Assembly: GCA_030390025.1 (NCBI GenBank)
Contig: CM059430.1
Span: 74,586,001-74,650,000 of the forward strand
Direction: 5' to 3'
DNA length: 64,000 bases
DNA from: Squalus acanthias
Taxonomy: Eukaryota
The notes beneath the pieces are model-generated. The model worked only from the letters and a program-made list of their open reading frames with translations. It was not told the DNA's origin and did no database searches. Shown piece by piece: positions 37,700 through 50,290 of the stretch. Position 1 is the stretch's first letter; each line of letters begins with the position of its first letter. A program made the position numbers and the translations under genes.

Positions 37700-38330
37700 T
37701 CTCCCTACCATGTTAAAAAGTAAGTGGTGCTCCATTAAGGAGAGATTCATAACCTTCCCAATGGCAGCAAACAAAGAAAGAGCGAATATTCTACTGTTCC
37801 ACAGACTGTCAAGGTTCCCGCAGGTGAAAAGTGCAATTCATAAAATGCATGTGGTACTCAGCGCCACATATGAAAACCCTTTGAATGTTTTGACTGGGAA
37901 ACGCTTTCAATCTGTTAATATATAGCTAGTGTGCGATGGCCATTCAATCATCCTGCACGTATATGGGTCGTGAAGCTTTCAGCATACGACAATCCACCAT
38001 GCTAATCCACCATGATGCGGAGCCATGTGTCCAGATGTTTTATTTGTGATCTAAGCTGTCCGCTACAGGATTGGATATTAACTCTTGTAAGTCATCCACA
38101 GAAAGAAAGGGGGAAGTAAAGGTAAAATGAGCTGGATGCCACGCTACAAATGCCATCTTGCAAATATGGGATACTCATGTCAAATTTTGGGTGCCAAGAT
38201 ACATCAGGCGGAGACCTGCATAGCATACCAGCGAGATCCTTACGATAAATTGTAGCTTGTAACATTCTTCATAATATCGTAACAGCAAAAAACCTGATCC
38301 TTCTGGAAGCTGAATGTTATGTGGATAAGG
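37700..38330 (+). pseudogene. Old HARBI1-like transposase relic
   Basis: FITFP...FHRLSRFPQVKSAIHKMHVVLSA...GKRFQSVNI*LVCDGHSIILHV is collinear with FP..GAIDCTHV...RKGF.S.N.QLVCD. Confidence 0.7.
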
Positions 38331-38477
38331 CACTGGGGAGGGGGGAGATGCCTTCCTTCAGTTAACATTAGGATTCTATATAGGGAGGAGAGAATTTGAA
38401 AGAAGCCAGCAAAGAGGCAGGGAAAGGAGGACAAAACTGATATTCATTCAGTAAATAAATATTCAGGCACAAATATA

Positions 38478-39830
38478 AGAACATCAGAACATAAGAAATA
38501 AGAGCAGGAATAGGCCATACGGACCCTGGAGCCTGCTCCGCCATTCAAGAAGACCAAGGCTGATCATCGACCTCAACTCCACTTTCCCGCCCGTTCTCCA
38601 TATCCCTTGATTCCCCTAGAGTCCAAACATCTATCTATCTCAGCAGTGAATATACTCAAAGACTCAGCATTCACAGCCCTCTTTGGGGCAGAAATTTCCA
38701 AAAATTCACAACCCTCCGAGAGAAGAAATTCCTCCTCATCTTAGTCTTAAATGACCTACCTCGTATCCTGAGACTCATCCTGCTAGTTCTAAACACACCA
38801 GCCAGGGGAAACAACCTCTCAGCATCTACTCTGTCAACCCCTTCAGAATCTTGTATGTTTCAATGAGATCACCTCTCATTCTTCTAAACTCCAGAGAGCA
38901 TAGGGCCATTCTACACAATATCTCATAATAGGACAACCCTCTCATCCCAGGAATCAATCTAGTGAATCTTCGTTGCACTGCCTCCAAAGCAAGTATATCC
39001 TTTCTTAGATAGGGGGACCAAAAAGAACACAGTACGCCAGGTGTGATCTCACCAAAGCCCTGTACAATCGTAGTAAGACTTCCTAACTCTTATACTACAA
39101 CAATCTTGCAATAAAGGCCAACATGGCATTTGACTTCCTTATTGCTTGCATACTAGCTTTCTGTGTTACTGGCACGAGGACACCCCAATCATCGCTGAAC
39201 AACAACATTTGAAAGTTTCTCACCATTTAAAAAACATTCTGTTTTTATATTCTTCCTACCAAAGTGAATAACCTCACATTACCTACATTATACTGCATCT
39301 GCCATCTTACTGCCCACTCACTTAGTCTATCTATATCCCTTTGCAGACTCTTTGCGTTCTCCTCACAAATTACTATCCCAACTAGATTTGTATTATCAGC
39401 AAACTTGGATAAATTACACTTGGTCCCTTCATTTGGGTCATTAATATAGATTGTAAATATCTGAGCCCCAACACTGATACTTGCAGCACCCCACTAGTTA
39501 CAGCCTGCCAACCTGAATATAATTCGTTTTTCCTACTATCTGTTTTCTGTCCGTTATACAATCCTCAATCCTGCTACTATAATACCCCCATCCCCATGAG
39601 CCCTAATCTTGTGTAATACACTTTTTACGTGGCATCTTATCGAAAGCCATTTGGAAATCCAAAAATACTACATCCACTGGTTCCCCTTTATCTACCCTGC
39701 TAGTTAAATCCTCAAAAAACTCAAAAAAATTGTCAAACACGATTTCCCTTTCATAAAATTATGTTGACTCTGCCTATTCATGTTATGATTTTCTAAGTGA
39801 CTTGAAAGCACTTCCTTAACAATGGATGCC
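38478..39830 (-). mobile_element. 5'-truncated CR1 LINE
   Basis: agaacataagaaataagagcagg tail; decayed RT motifs. Confidence 0.88.
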
Positions 39831-40646
39831 ACTTCCCATCTATCTGTTCTCTCCCACATCCTCCCAAAGTTCCTGGCTGCCATCTGTCAATTTCCTTAAT
39901 AAAACATTATCCCTGCGATATTCCGAAGTGCCAAAGCATGAAAACATTGGCGTAAATTCACTCAGGAACTCTATGTGTTGACGTCATGTTTATGTCACTC
40001 AACAGCAGCATAATTTCTTGAACCTGTTTCTAAAAGCATGTCTAACCTTTGTGTTATTCAAATTATCTCGTAATGTTCGTAACATAACTATCCCAAGTGA
40101 TTCTCTCTGAGTGAGATAAAGGTAGAGAGCTGAATGCCTACGATTTTTATTGTTATTCATCGCTTTTATCCGTATTTCTCTCACCACTGCCTTAAATCAG
40201 TGCTGTGGTGTTTGTCTATAGTCACTGGTAATATTAAAAAATAATTCCATGAATTAACGTAGAACCTTGGGCCTGAGTATTGGAAGGTTATTCAAAGAAG
40301 CACAGGGGTAACAAAGTTCATTCAAATTCTGCCGAGGTCTGGCATTAGGGCAAGGAGCAGAAAACCTGAAAGATATTCTTTTCCTTGGTGGTTAATTCAA
40401 CTTCAGCAAAATTGTCCTTTGGAAAGTTGTGGGTGAGGTGTTGCACATAACGGGCCGGTTTTGCGCACTTGCCGAAATTCCAATGTACCCGCCAGTACTG
40501 ACATCAATTTAGTGCAGAATCCGCAGTTCGAAGTAAGATCTGGCTTCCTTAGTCAGTATCGCTCGCCTAGTCATCGGAAGAAATTGTGCTACCATGGAGA
40601 CTGCTCAATTGATGAGGAAATATTTTGTTTTTCTTATTTGAATTAG

Positions 40647-40922
40647 GCGCTCTTTGTTTTGGACAGTATACGTGGTCAGAAGCTGAACTTGGAGTAATTT
40701 TTTACGCCGAGCTTGTCTGTTTCATCCAAATCAAAAGCAAGCGAGCAGACTGTATCAGTCGAGAGGCTATCCAGTTTCTGGCGCGACTGCAAATGATTGC
40801 TTCTGTTAACACGAAGTTTATCAGGAGGAAATTGCAGCTCATTCAGGATTAGATATTGCACAGGCAATACGACAACACAGAGGCAGAGCAAGGTGCAGGA
40901 GGTGTAGAACTGACTGTAATCA
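40647..40922 (+). pseudogene. Possible decayed Ig V-like exon
   Basis: Pyrimidine-rich acceptor; GALCFGQ..AELG...ELVCF; frameshifted HSGL-YC; GAGGVELTV; V-exon-like length. Confidence 0.22.
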
Positions 40923-42565
40923 GTATACATGTGGAAGCTGAACCAATGGCCCTGAAATTGCAGTGTGCATAACGGATTACACTCAGAGTACGCCATCGTG
41001 ATATCTTTGAAATGCCCCGCAAGTTCAGGTTTTCTGCATATGTGAAATCCGGAACTTGCGGCCTGTCAATGTACGCATTGACAGGTCATCCGTGGGGGAC
41101 CCGAAAAAGAAATTGCTAGCGCAGAGTTGGGATATCTGCCCAGCGACTGGCCAGCGATTGCGCACGTAAGCCTTACGGTTGAAGCAAGCAGGTGGAGGGC
41201 TTGTATGCATCAGTTTAAAGGGATATCTAAGATTTTAATTAAACATTTTTGCAAATCCTAAAGTATGCACATACACTGTATTATATGACTTTATGTAAAT
41301 ATTTGCCCGGATTACAATTTTAATGATGTAAATTTTTCGTGAGGTTGGTGCCATGAAGGTAAAATTGAATAATATTCCAATACTGTACATTGTACAATAT
41401 TGATTTGGGGATTTCATTGCATATCATTAGGGGATTCCCTTCGTAAATGATTGGAATTGAATTCTAATTATTGATTGGAGGACCAGGTCCAAATAATCCC
41501 AGGTACGCTTTCGCGCTGCCTGCGTTCCTGAGTTCCTTGGGCCATTTCGCTGCCCTCCACATCGAGGCCTGAGACCGCCACCTTTTGGAGCCTGTCCTCC
41601 AGCAGGTATATTTTTAATTGTTTCGCTGTTCGGAGGCGTACTCCGGAGGTACGCCTCCGACCGCATTTTCTAGCCTATATCTGTGGATGTTGTTGTCAAG
41701 GGGCAGCATGAGATCAGGAGAGGGATTGGGCAAAGAACAGATCCAAGAGAGGCGGCCGATTTTGCCGCATAGGCGCGGTAGGAGTAGCCATTTCTGGAGA
41801 TTGTCAGCCATGTTCGCAAAGGTGAGAGTGGCCATAGGCGAAGCCAATTGCTATGAGATGGATGACAGAAAAGAGACGTTGGAGATCGATAGTGTGGTCC
41901 TCTGATAATTATCGCATCATGTTTGTGTATAATACCACTTGTTTGAATTGTTAACAATATTACCGCGACTGCTGGATTTCTTGTTGATTCTGCGGACTTT
42001 GGTCTATCTGTTGATTCTTATTTATTTTAATACCTTGTCATAGATACTTGTGCTCACACTAGCACTGACACTTATTTAAGTAAGAAAATGTAGAACCAGA
42101 GAAAGGCAAGTAGCTCTTCAAACCCACGTCTTTGGCGTCATTTTATTTACAGATTTTCCCAAATGTCCTTTAGCAGTGAAGGAATCTGATACATTTGTTT
42201 AACAAAACGTCAATATATGGAGTTTAATTATTTATCCCCAATACAGTAAAATGAAATTATTTCCATGGCCACACCGAATTTTACCTTTAGTCAGTTAGTG
42301 ACACTCTGTGGATTAGAAGGCAGTGGTTGACAAGACCACACTAGAATTTTTGCGCGATTGGACACTGAAACTCTCAGTATGGGCAGCGCGATGAAGTGAT
42401 GGGGTTATCGCCCTTCTGATAAGTCGTCAAGGAAACGTCCCTTCTACCTGTTATGCTTGATTGTAACGCTCCAATGGAAAGACACTAATATTTTTATTCG
42501 GTGATGAAGAAATAAATCGGCGAAAGTGCCTTTTACATGCGGAGCTATCTGCTGAATAACACAAT

Positions 42566-43308
42566 GGCCAAAAAATTAGTGAGGGAGCCTTCGTGCGGGG
42601 GTAAGGCTTCCCCGCGAAATCTCACTGCGCGCCGGCATTTTCATTCCCAGCTCGCACAAACTTGATTTTCTAGACAGCAGCTGGGCAGTGCTTGCATATC
42701 CCACAGGCGCAGTTAATTCGTGCGAGCTGTGGGATCACGTGATTCAGTTACTGCCAATGGCAGCACACCATCTTTCATTCATAGTTTTCACATCAATTGC
42801 TGTGAAAGCTATGAATCTATACCCCCCCAAAAGAACAGCTAAACCTCAATTAAATTTAAAAAAAAAACATTACATTAATAAAATAAGTATAGTTAAATAA
42901 ATTAACCACTCTAAACAAAAAATTTAATTTTTAAAAAAATTTAAAATCTTTTAAAAAGTTATAAAAATAAACTTACCTTTCTTTAAAGTCTCTAAAAAAG
43001 ATATACCTGTTGAAAAAAATTCAAAATAATACTGAATTAACTACTTACCTTGTTAAAAGAGGGTCTTACGCCTCCTTTCTTTATGTGCAAAATCTTCCAT
43101 GCTTACCTGCGCGTTCAAAGCACTAAGTGCACTGCGTGCGCGCAGCCTGTAGCGCGCACGCGATTCACTTAGGAACCGCCCCCTATTGAAATCACCAAGT
43201 GCCGGTTTTCAGCGCATACGCAGTGCATGCAGAAAACCGGCAAATGGAGACAGAATACGCGAGAGTACACAGTGCGTACTCTCGCGTAGAGGCACTAATT
43301 TTTGGGCC
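42566..43308. mobile_element. Uninterrupted Harbinger MITE (743 bp)
   Basis: TIR ggccaaaaaattagt / actaatttttgggcc; right end closely similar to Harbinger B. Confidence 0.9.
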
Positions 43309-43969
43309 TTTAACTAATTGTTTGTGCAGTTTCTTCTTAACTTTCATTTTGTGTTAAACATGTCGTAAACAGTTTCATCATTACAGGAAATTAATAGAAT
43401 ATCGATTGAAATTAGACTTGCTGGCCACGCAGCTTCCTTTCATAAGAAAACTGCAGATTAATACTAGAAACATTCCCGTTCTGCAACAGCGGGCGGGAAA
43501 GAGGCGTGAGCAGAAATGAGCCCTGCCGAATTATAAATGACCCTCAACCGGAAACCGATCTGTTGATCATCACTGATGATCGCTGCTGCCCTACGGAAAT
43601 TTACTTTTTTTTGCACTGAGCACTCAAGACACACCTCAGTAACTTACGATTTTGAATTCAATGTTTCTGGTAATTTTTGGAATTGCACCAGAAAAGTTAC
43701 CGTGAAACCTGCCGAATTACCGCAAAAAATGCTAACTAATTCGTTATTGAACTTCGGAGAAGGAAATCTTCCGCCTTTACTCAATCCTGCCACGTAAACT
43801 TTTTAACTTAACTCTTTCAATGCCATCTAAATTGAGCAAGTAATGCAGCACGGTTATTAAACACAATTGCGACAACGCAAGCAAGACGCTCGCCACAAGC
43901 TTCTTAGAGCCACTCGGGATGGGCAATAAACTTGGCCTCGCCAGCATCAACCATACACATTGATTTTTT

Positions 43970-45180
43970 TTTATAATTCGTTGATGGGATCTGGGCGCAG
44001 CTGGCAAGGCTAGCATTTATTGCCCATCCCTAGTTTCCGTTGAGAAGGTGGTGGTGAGCCGACTTCTTGAAGCGCTGCCGTCCGTGCGTTGAAGGTACTC
44101 CCACAATGCTGTTAGGTAGGGAGTTCCAGGATTTTGATGCACCGAGGATGAAGGAACGGCTATTTACTTCCAAGTCAGGATGGTGTGTGACTTGGAGAGG
44201 AACTTGGAGGTGGTGGTTTTCCCATGCGCCAGATTCCCTTGTCCTTCTAGGTGGTAGAGGTCGCGGGTTTGGGAGGTGCTGCCGAAGGAGCCTTAGAGAT
44301 TTGCTGCAGTGCATCTTGTAAATGGTACACACTGCAGCCACGGTACGTCGGTGGTGGAGGGAGTGAATGTTTCAGGTGGTGGCTGGGGTGCCAATGAACG
44401 GGCTGCTTTGTCCTGGATGGTGTCGAGCTTGTTGAGTGTTATTGGAGCTGCACACATCCAGGCAAGTGGAGAGTATTCCATCACACTCCTTACTTGTGGC
44501 ATGTAGCTGGTGGAAAGGCGTTGTGGTGTCAGGAGGTGAGACACTCGCCGCAGAATACCTATGCCTCTGACTTGCTCTTTTTGCCATAGTATTTATGTGG
44601 CTGGTCCAGTTAAGTTTCTGGTCAAAGGTGACGCCCAGGATGTTCACAGTGGGGGATTCGGCGTTGTTAATGACGTTCAATGTTATGTGGCTGTGATTAG
44701 ATTCTCGCTGTTTGGAGATAGTCATTGCCTGGCACTTGTGTGGCGCGAATGTCACTTGCCACTTATCAGCCCAAGCCTGAATGTCGTCCAGGACTTGTTG
44801 CCTGCAGGTATGAACTGCTTTATTATCTGAGGAGTTGCGAATGGTACTGAATCAATAGCGAATATCGCCATTGTTGAACATATGATGGAGGTAACGTCAT
44901 TGATGAAGCAGCTGAAGATGGTTGGGCCTTGGACACTGCCCTGAGAAACTCCTGCAGCGATGTCCTGGGGCTGTGATGATTCACCACCAACCACCACAAA
45001 CATCTTGCTTTGTGCTAAGTTTTTATCAAGCCAGTGGAGAATTTCGCCCCCCAATTTCCATTGACTTCAGTTTAACTAAGGCTCCTTGATGCCACACTTG
45101 GTCAAATGCTGCGTTGATATTAAAGGAAGTCACTCTCACATCACCTCTGGAATTCATTTCCTGTGTCCATGTTTGATCAT
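43970..45180 (-). mobile_element. 5'-truncated family-B LINE
   Basis: NINAAFDQVWH, SQGSVQGP, QVRSVMEYS, SAHHHLLNGN*. Confidence 0.88.
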
Positions 45181-48100
45181 ACAAGCATAAGAGTGCACAA
45201 GAAAATAGAGTCAAAGTAAGGAAAAATGACAAGATAAAATTAATGGCTCTTTATCTGAATGCACTCAGCATTCGTAATAAGATAGTTGAGTTGACGGCAC
45301 AAATATAAATAAATGGGTATGATCTGATAGCCATTGCAGATGCTTGGTTGCAAGATGACCAAGGCTGGTAACTGAATATTCAGGGTAATTTGACATTTCG
45401 GAAGGATAGGCAGAAAGGAAAAGGAGGTGGGATAGCTCTCTTACTAAAGTATGAGATCACTGCAGTGGTGAGGAATGATATTGGCTCAGAAGCTCAAGTT
45501 GTAGAATCAGTTTAGGTGGAGATACGAAATAGTAAGCGTAAGAAGTCACTGGTGGGAGTGGAATAAAGGTGCCCTAAAAGTACCTATAATGTAGATTATA
45601 AATCAAGAAATAAAAGGAGCTTGTAAGAAAGATATTGCAATATTCATGGGCGATTTTAATCATCATAAAAATTGGACAAATCAAATTGGCTACGGTAGAC
45701 ATGAGGTCGAGTTCATTGAGTGTATTCGGGATCGATTCTTGGAACAATACGTTGAGGAACCAACGAGGAAGCAGGCTATTTAAATCTGGTAATGTATAAT
45801 GAGACAAGATTAATTAATGATCTCATAGTAAAGGATCCCCTAGGAAAGGGTGATCATAACATGGTAGTATTTCAAATTTAGTTTGAGGGTGATCAACTTG
45901 GGTCTGAAACGTGTGTCCTAAATATAAATAAAGGCAATTACAAGGGTATGAGAACAGAGTTGCCTAAATTGGACTGAGAAAATAGATTCAAGTGTAAGTT
46001 GGTAGATCAGCAATGGCAGATATTTAAGGGGATATTTCATAAATCTCAGCAATGGTATATTCCAGTGAGAAAGAAAGGCTCTACGAGAAGGATGCATCAT
46101 CCGTGGCTAACTAAGGAAGTTAAGGATGGTAACAAATGTTAAGAAAATGTATTAAATGTTGCGATGATTAATGCTAGGCCAGAGGATTGGGAAATTTTAA
46201 ATAACCAGGAAAGGATGACTAAATAAATCACAAAGTGGGAGAAGATATAGTATGAGAGTAAACTGGCAAATAATATAAAGACAGAGAGTAAGAGCTTCTA
46301 CAGGTATAAAAAAAGGAAGAGAGAAGCTAAAGTAAAAGTTGGACCCTTTGAGGATGAGACTGGGGAATTAATAATGGGAAATAGAGAAATGGCAGAGACT
46401 CTAAACAATTATTTTGGATCGGTCTTCACGGTAGTAGACACTAAAAACATCCCCAAAATAATAGATAATCGAGGGTCTATAGGGATGGAGGAACTTGAAA
46501 CAATCTCTATCACTAGAGACACAGGACCAGGCAAACTTATGGGGCTAAAGGCCTACAGGTCCGCTGGACCTGATGGCCTGCATCCTAGGATTATAAAATA
46601 AGTGACTCCAGAGATATTAGCCCAGAAATTAGAGTTCGCTGCTTCCCGCGGGGTTAACGAACCGGTGCGGTGTTACATACCGCGTCTGCCGTTTGCCTTT
46701 TCACACACAGGAACTTGGTGTTTTCTGAGCTGCACTGCAGGGCAGCGTCTGACGTCAAACCGCCATGCAGCGCAGCGTGCGCGTTTCATGGCATGCGATG
46801 GCCAGTGAAGACACGCCCTGGAAGGTTCTATTACCATAGGCCTCGCCCCCATTTTTTTTTACTTCAATCGTGTTTCAAAGCAGCTGCAGAGAGTTTTCTA
46901 ACTACGGGAGACGTTGCAGTTAAAGTAAATTGCATTTAAATGCATGTTTTGAAAACTGTTTAAGATTTTTAGATGAATTGGAATAATTTTAAACAGTTGT
47001 AAAGAGATTTAAATTAATTTAAATAGCTTAAAAAGCCCTGAAAACATTTTTTTCATTGACTTTACTTTATTTAATCAGCAAACGGAAATGGCTGCTATCA
47101 GCAATATCCAATTTCTCAAAAGAACTAAAAATTTCAGTGACGATGAACTCTGCACACTCCTCGACGAGGTCGACGCAAAGCGCTTAAGGATCATTGGAAC
47201 TGAGTAGTCCAAACCGCCTCGAAAAGGCCAAATGTTAGCGTGCAAAGAGGTTGCTCAAAGTGTGACCGCAAACTCAACCATTCCACGTACAGCAGAACAA
47301 TGTCGCAAGAAATTCAGTGATTTATTGCAAAAGCTCAAGTTTTGTATAGTTGTAACAAAAGTCAATCTTAAAATGTCTTTAAATTTAACTGAAATACTTT
47401 TAAATAGTGTTTTTTTACTAAGCTGAGTTAACTGAAGTCACAAGATGCTGCCATAATTTTTTATGGCTTTTGGAGCCAGGCTCGGGTCATAAAATGCTGA
47501 GGTTATCTTGATTCCTCTGCTTTGAGTTGTTTACTGAGTTGACTGTGTGAGTGCCAATTCAGTTTGGGTGTAAAAACCCTTACATTTCATGACATTTCAT
47601 ATTTTATGTTTTAATTTTAGACTAAAACTGCTCACAACGCCAGAGAGCGTGCACTGACAGGCGGTGGTGTTGTTACGTTAAGGGCTTTAACAAAACATGA
47701 GGAAAGGCTCGAGCATCTATTTGGATGTCTTCGCGGCTGCCCCTTTGAAACTCAACAAATCGACACATGTGATGTGTGCTGAATATCAGCTTCTGTGATG
47801 TGGCACATCATGCTTTACCTTTGCTAATCTTTACTGTTTCGTTTCCATAGGTTTACAGCAGACTTCTCACTCGCGGGATGATCAGTGCGTTGAGTCTGCA
47901 GCCGAAGAGGTCATTGGTGAAGGGCATGTTGAGCCAGTGGGAGCTGCGAGTGAAGTGGTGTTGGAAGAGCAGCAAGAGGAAATTGTTGTTGAACTGGAAG
48001 TGGAGGCTCTGGAATCTGGGTTGCTGGAGAGGTCCTCTCCATCTCCTGACCCCTCTGGCTCTGTGCCAGACAGACAGCAGCTTGATACTGCAGTGCATGT

Positions 48101-48297
48101 GGGAGAAACAGATATACATGCAGATATACATGCAACAGAACAGGAGTTACAAGGTTACATTCACCATCTTGAAGGGTTGAGGCAATCGATGTGTTCTCTT
48201 ACAGAGAAACAAGTTGTGTTATTTGCCTCGGTCAAGCAGGGAATGGATTATATGTGCATGTCATTTAATCAATTGAAAGTGTCTCTCATTGGACAAA

Positions 48298-48470
48298 ATG
48301 TGGGAATGGAGCTTAAGAAAATAAATGAGTCTCTTGTTGGACACTTGCAGAATCCAGATTTGGTAATGGAGCTTAATAAAATAAATGAGTCTCTTGTTGG
48401 ACTCTTGCAGAATCCATATTTGGGAATGGAGCTTAATAAAATAAATGAGTCTCTTGCTGGACTCTTGCAA
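48298..48470 (+). repeat. 60-bp tandem repeat x3 (in-frame 20 aa)
   Basis: atggagcttaa(g/t)aaaataaatgagtctcttg..gga..cttgca repeated at 60-bp spacing. Confidence 0.95.
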
Positions 48471-48592
48471 ATAATTTCTGCTGCCATTACTGTGACTCCC
48501 GCAGAACCACCCTTACCTGCTCCCAGCGCAGAAACAGTGCAGGTCCAAGAGCCAGCTGCTCCGCCTGTGGTGATGCAATCAAACATTGCTTT

Positions 48593-48620
48593 GCAGCAGC
48601 AGCAGCAGCAGCAGCAGCAA
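48593..48620 (+). repeat. (CAG)n poly-Gln tract
   Basis: Direct reading. Confidence 0.95.
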
Positions 48621-49264
48621 CCCTGTCAGGAGGTTATTGCTGAAGGGCAAGAGACGTCAGCAGCACAGGGCACCGGTCACAGGGAGCGGGAAAGCGCAAT
48701 AGACGGTAGGGTGTCACATTTTCCACAATGCACATCCATTGACCCTCAGGCACAGTTTCGAGCGGGTAAATCTTTCAATTGTTTAATTTTTCGTTTTATT
48801 TAAAAGTTACATGTTTTCATTGTTTTTTTTATTGAAATATATATTTGTCACTGAAAGTGTAAGTAACCTTTTCTTTGAAAATGTACAGCCTCTATTCACT
48901 TTAAAAAATTCAAATTGTTTATTTGCAAAAAAAATTGAACATTAAAACTGTTTTACATTTAGGAAAGAGTTATTTTCCATCTTGAATGTCTTTATTGCAG
49001 TAACGAAGCAAAAAAGTCACTGAAAACTGTTTACAAATTTTATTCTAACCTATTTATGTTTATATATGTTTGCAAAGTTGAAAAGTAGCTAGTTAACATT
49101 GAAAAGTAATAAACTATGTACATCAACACTGAATCTCAGAAGTCTATAATGCTGCAATAAAAGAGCACTGTTTCACTTTAAATTGTGTCTGTTCCTTTCT
49201 TTGCCTTGCTGGGGGAGAGGGAGGGAGGGGGAGGGGGAGGGGGATACGGAGGTACAAGGCGACA

Positions 49265-50290
49265 CTACCTCGTGAAGGTTTTGGCTACCAGCTGCTCCCG
49301 AACAGCCTTACTTTGAGCAGCAGTTGGCTCTTCCCCATCAGGCCTTCCCACAGGCACATTGGCATTGTCCACGTCCTCCATTTCTGCAGGTAGTTCCTCT
49401 GCAGCGTTAAGGGTCAGTCCTTCCCGCAGGGCAAAGTTATGCAAAGCACAACAGGCCACCACAATCTTTGCCACTTTCAGAGGAGAATACTGCAAGGTCC
49501 CCCCTGACCTGTCCAGGCACCGGAAGCGTGATTTCAGAACTCCGATTGTCCTCTCCACCACTTGCCGTGTGGACACGTGTGCCTGGTTGTATCTCTCCTG
49601 AGCCTCATTATTGGACTTGCGGTAGGGAGTCATCAGCCATGGTCTTAGCGGGTAGCCCTTGTCGCCCAATATCCATGCGGATCCTGGAGGCAATGCATTG
49701 AGGGCTCCAAATAAGTTCGAGTTACGAAGGACGAAGGAGTCATGATTACTTCCCCGGTTACTTGCATTCACATTTAGGATCCTGAGAGGTGCATCACAGA
49801 CAATCTGGACATTCAATGACTGAAACCCCATTCCTGCTGATAAATGTCACAGGTGCAACCACTGGTGCCTTCAATGCAACATGGGTCCCATCGACGGCCC
49901 CAATCATTTTGGGGAATCCAGCAATGTCATGAAATGCAAGGGCCATCTCCTTTTGATGGCGATCGGACAAGTAATAGTTAAGAAATCTGAAGCCCTGCGC
50001 AAAATGGCTTATGTGACCTGGTGAATGCAGGCACTCGCAGCATTCTTGGATATGTTGGAAATGTCACCGGTGCTTGCCTGAAAAGTCCCACTTGCAAAGA
50101 AGTTCAGTGCTGTGGTTACCTTCATGCTCACTGACAATGCAGTGCGGCTCTTCGAGCGTATTTGAAGGTCCTCCTTTAACATGTCACAGATTCGGCCGAT
50201 TGACTCTTTACTGAAGCGCAGTCTCCTCACACACAACTCCACCGACAGCATCTCAAATGACAGCCTCTCCCTCTACACTCTATTTGTTGG
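49265..50290 (-). pseudogene. Harbinger B HARBI1-like DDE transposase (frameshifted)
   Basis: CVRRLRFSK, KVTTALNFFASGTFQ, FPKMIGAVDGTHVALKAP, GFQSLNVQIVCD, GSNHDSF, WILGDKGY, WLMTP, YNQAH..TRQVVERTIGVLKSRFRCLD, CCALHN. Confidence 0.93.

Larger units (their letters stand above)
47088..48803 (+). pseudogene. Harbinger B Myb/SANT gene (exons ~47088-47338, 47621-~47770, 47851 onward)
   Basis: KRTKNFSDDELCTLLDEV...(stop)...KEVAQSVTANSTIPRTAEQCRKKFSDLL; ttttag|TKTAHNARERALTGGG; acidic, coiled-coil and poly-Q third exon. Confidence 0.82.

Noticed and set aside
41618-41905. GC-richer ORF with a possible donor (AAG|gtgaga) as a C or TM exon following the 40.7-kb relic
   Set aside because: No Ig or transmembrane motif could be recognised in any frame
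43268-43274. CACAGTG (RSS heptamer) in the MITE hairpin loop, also at 51185-51191
   Set aside because: No ACAAAAACC-like nonamer at 12 or 23 bp; explained as the centre of a transposon palindrome
49265-49831. Domesticated host HARBI1 gene
   Set aside because: Frameshifted, flanked by TIRs, paired with a Myb gene and inserted in a CR1
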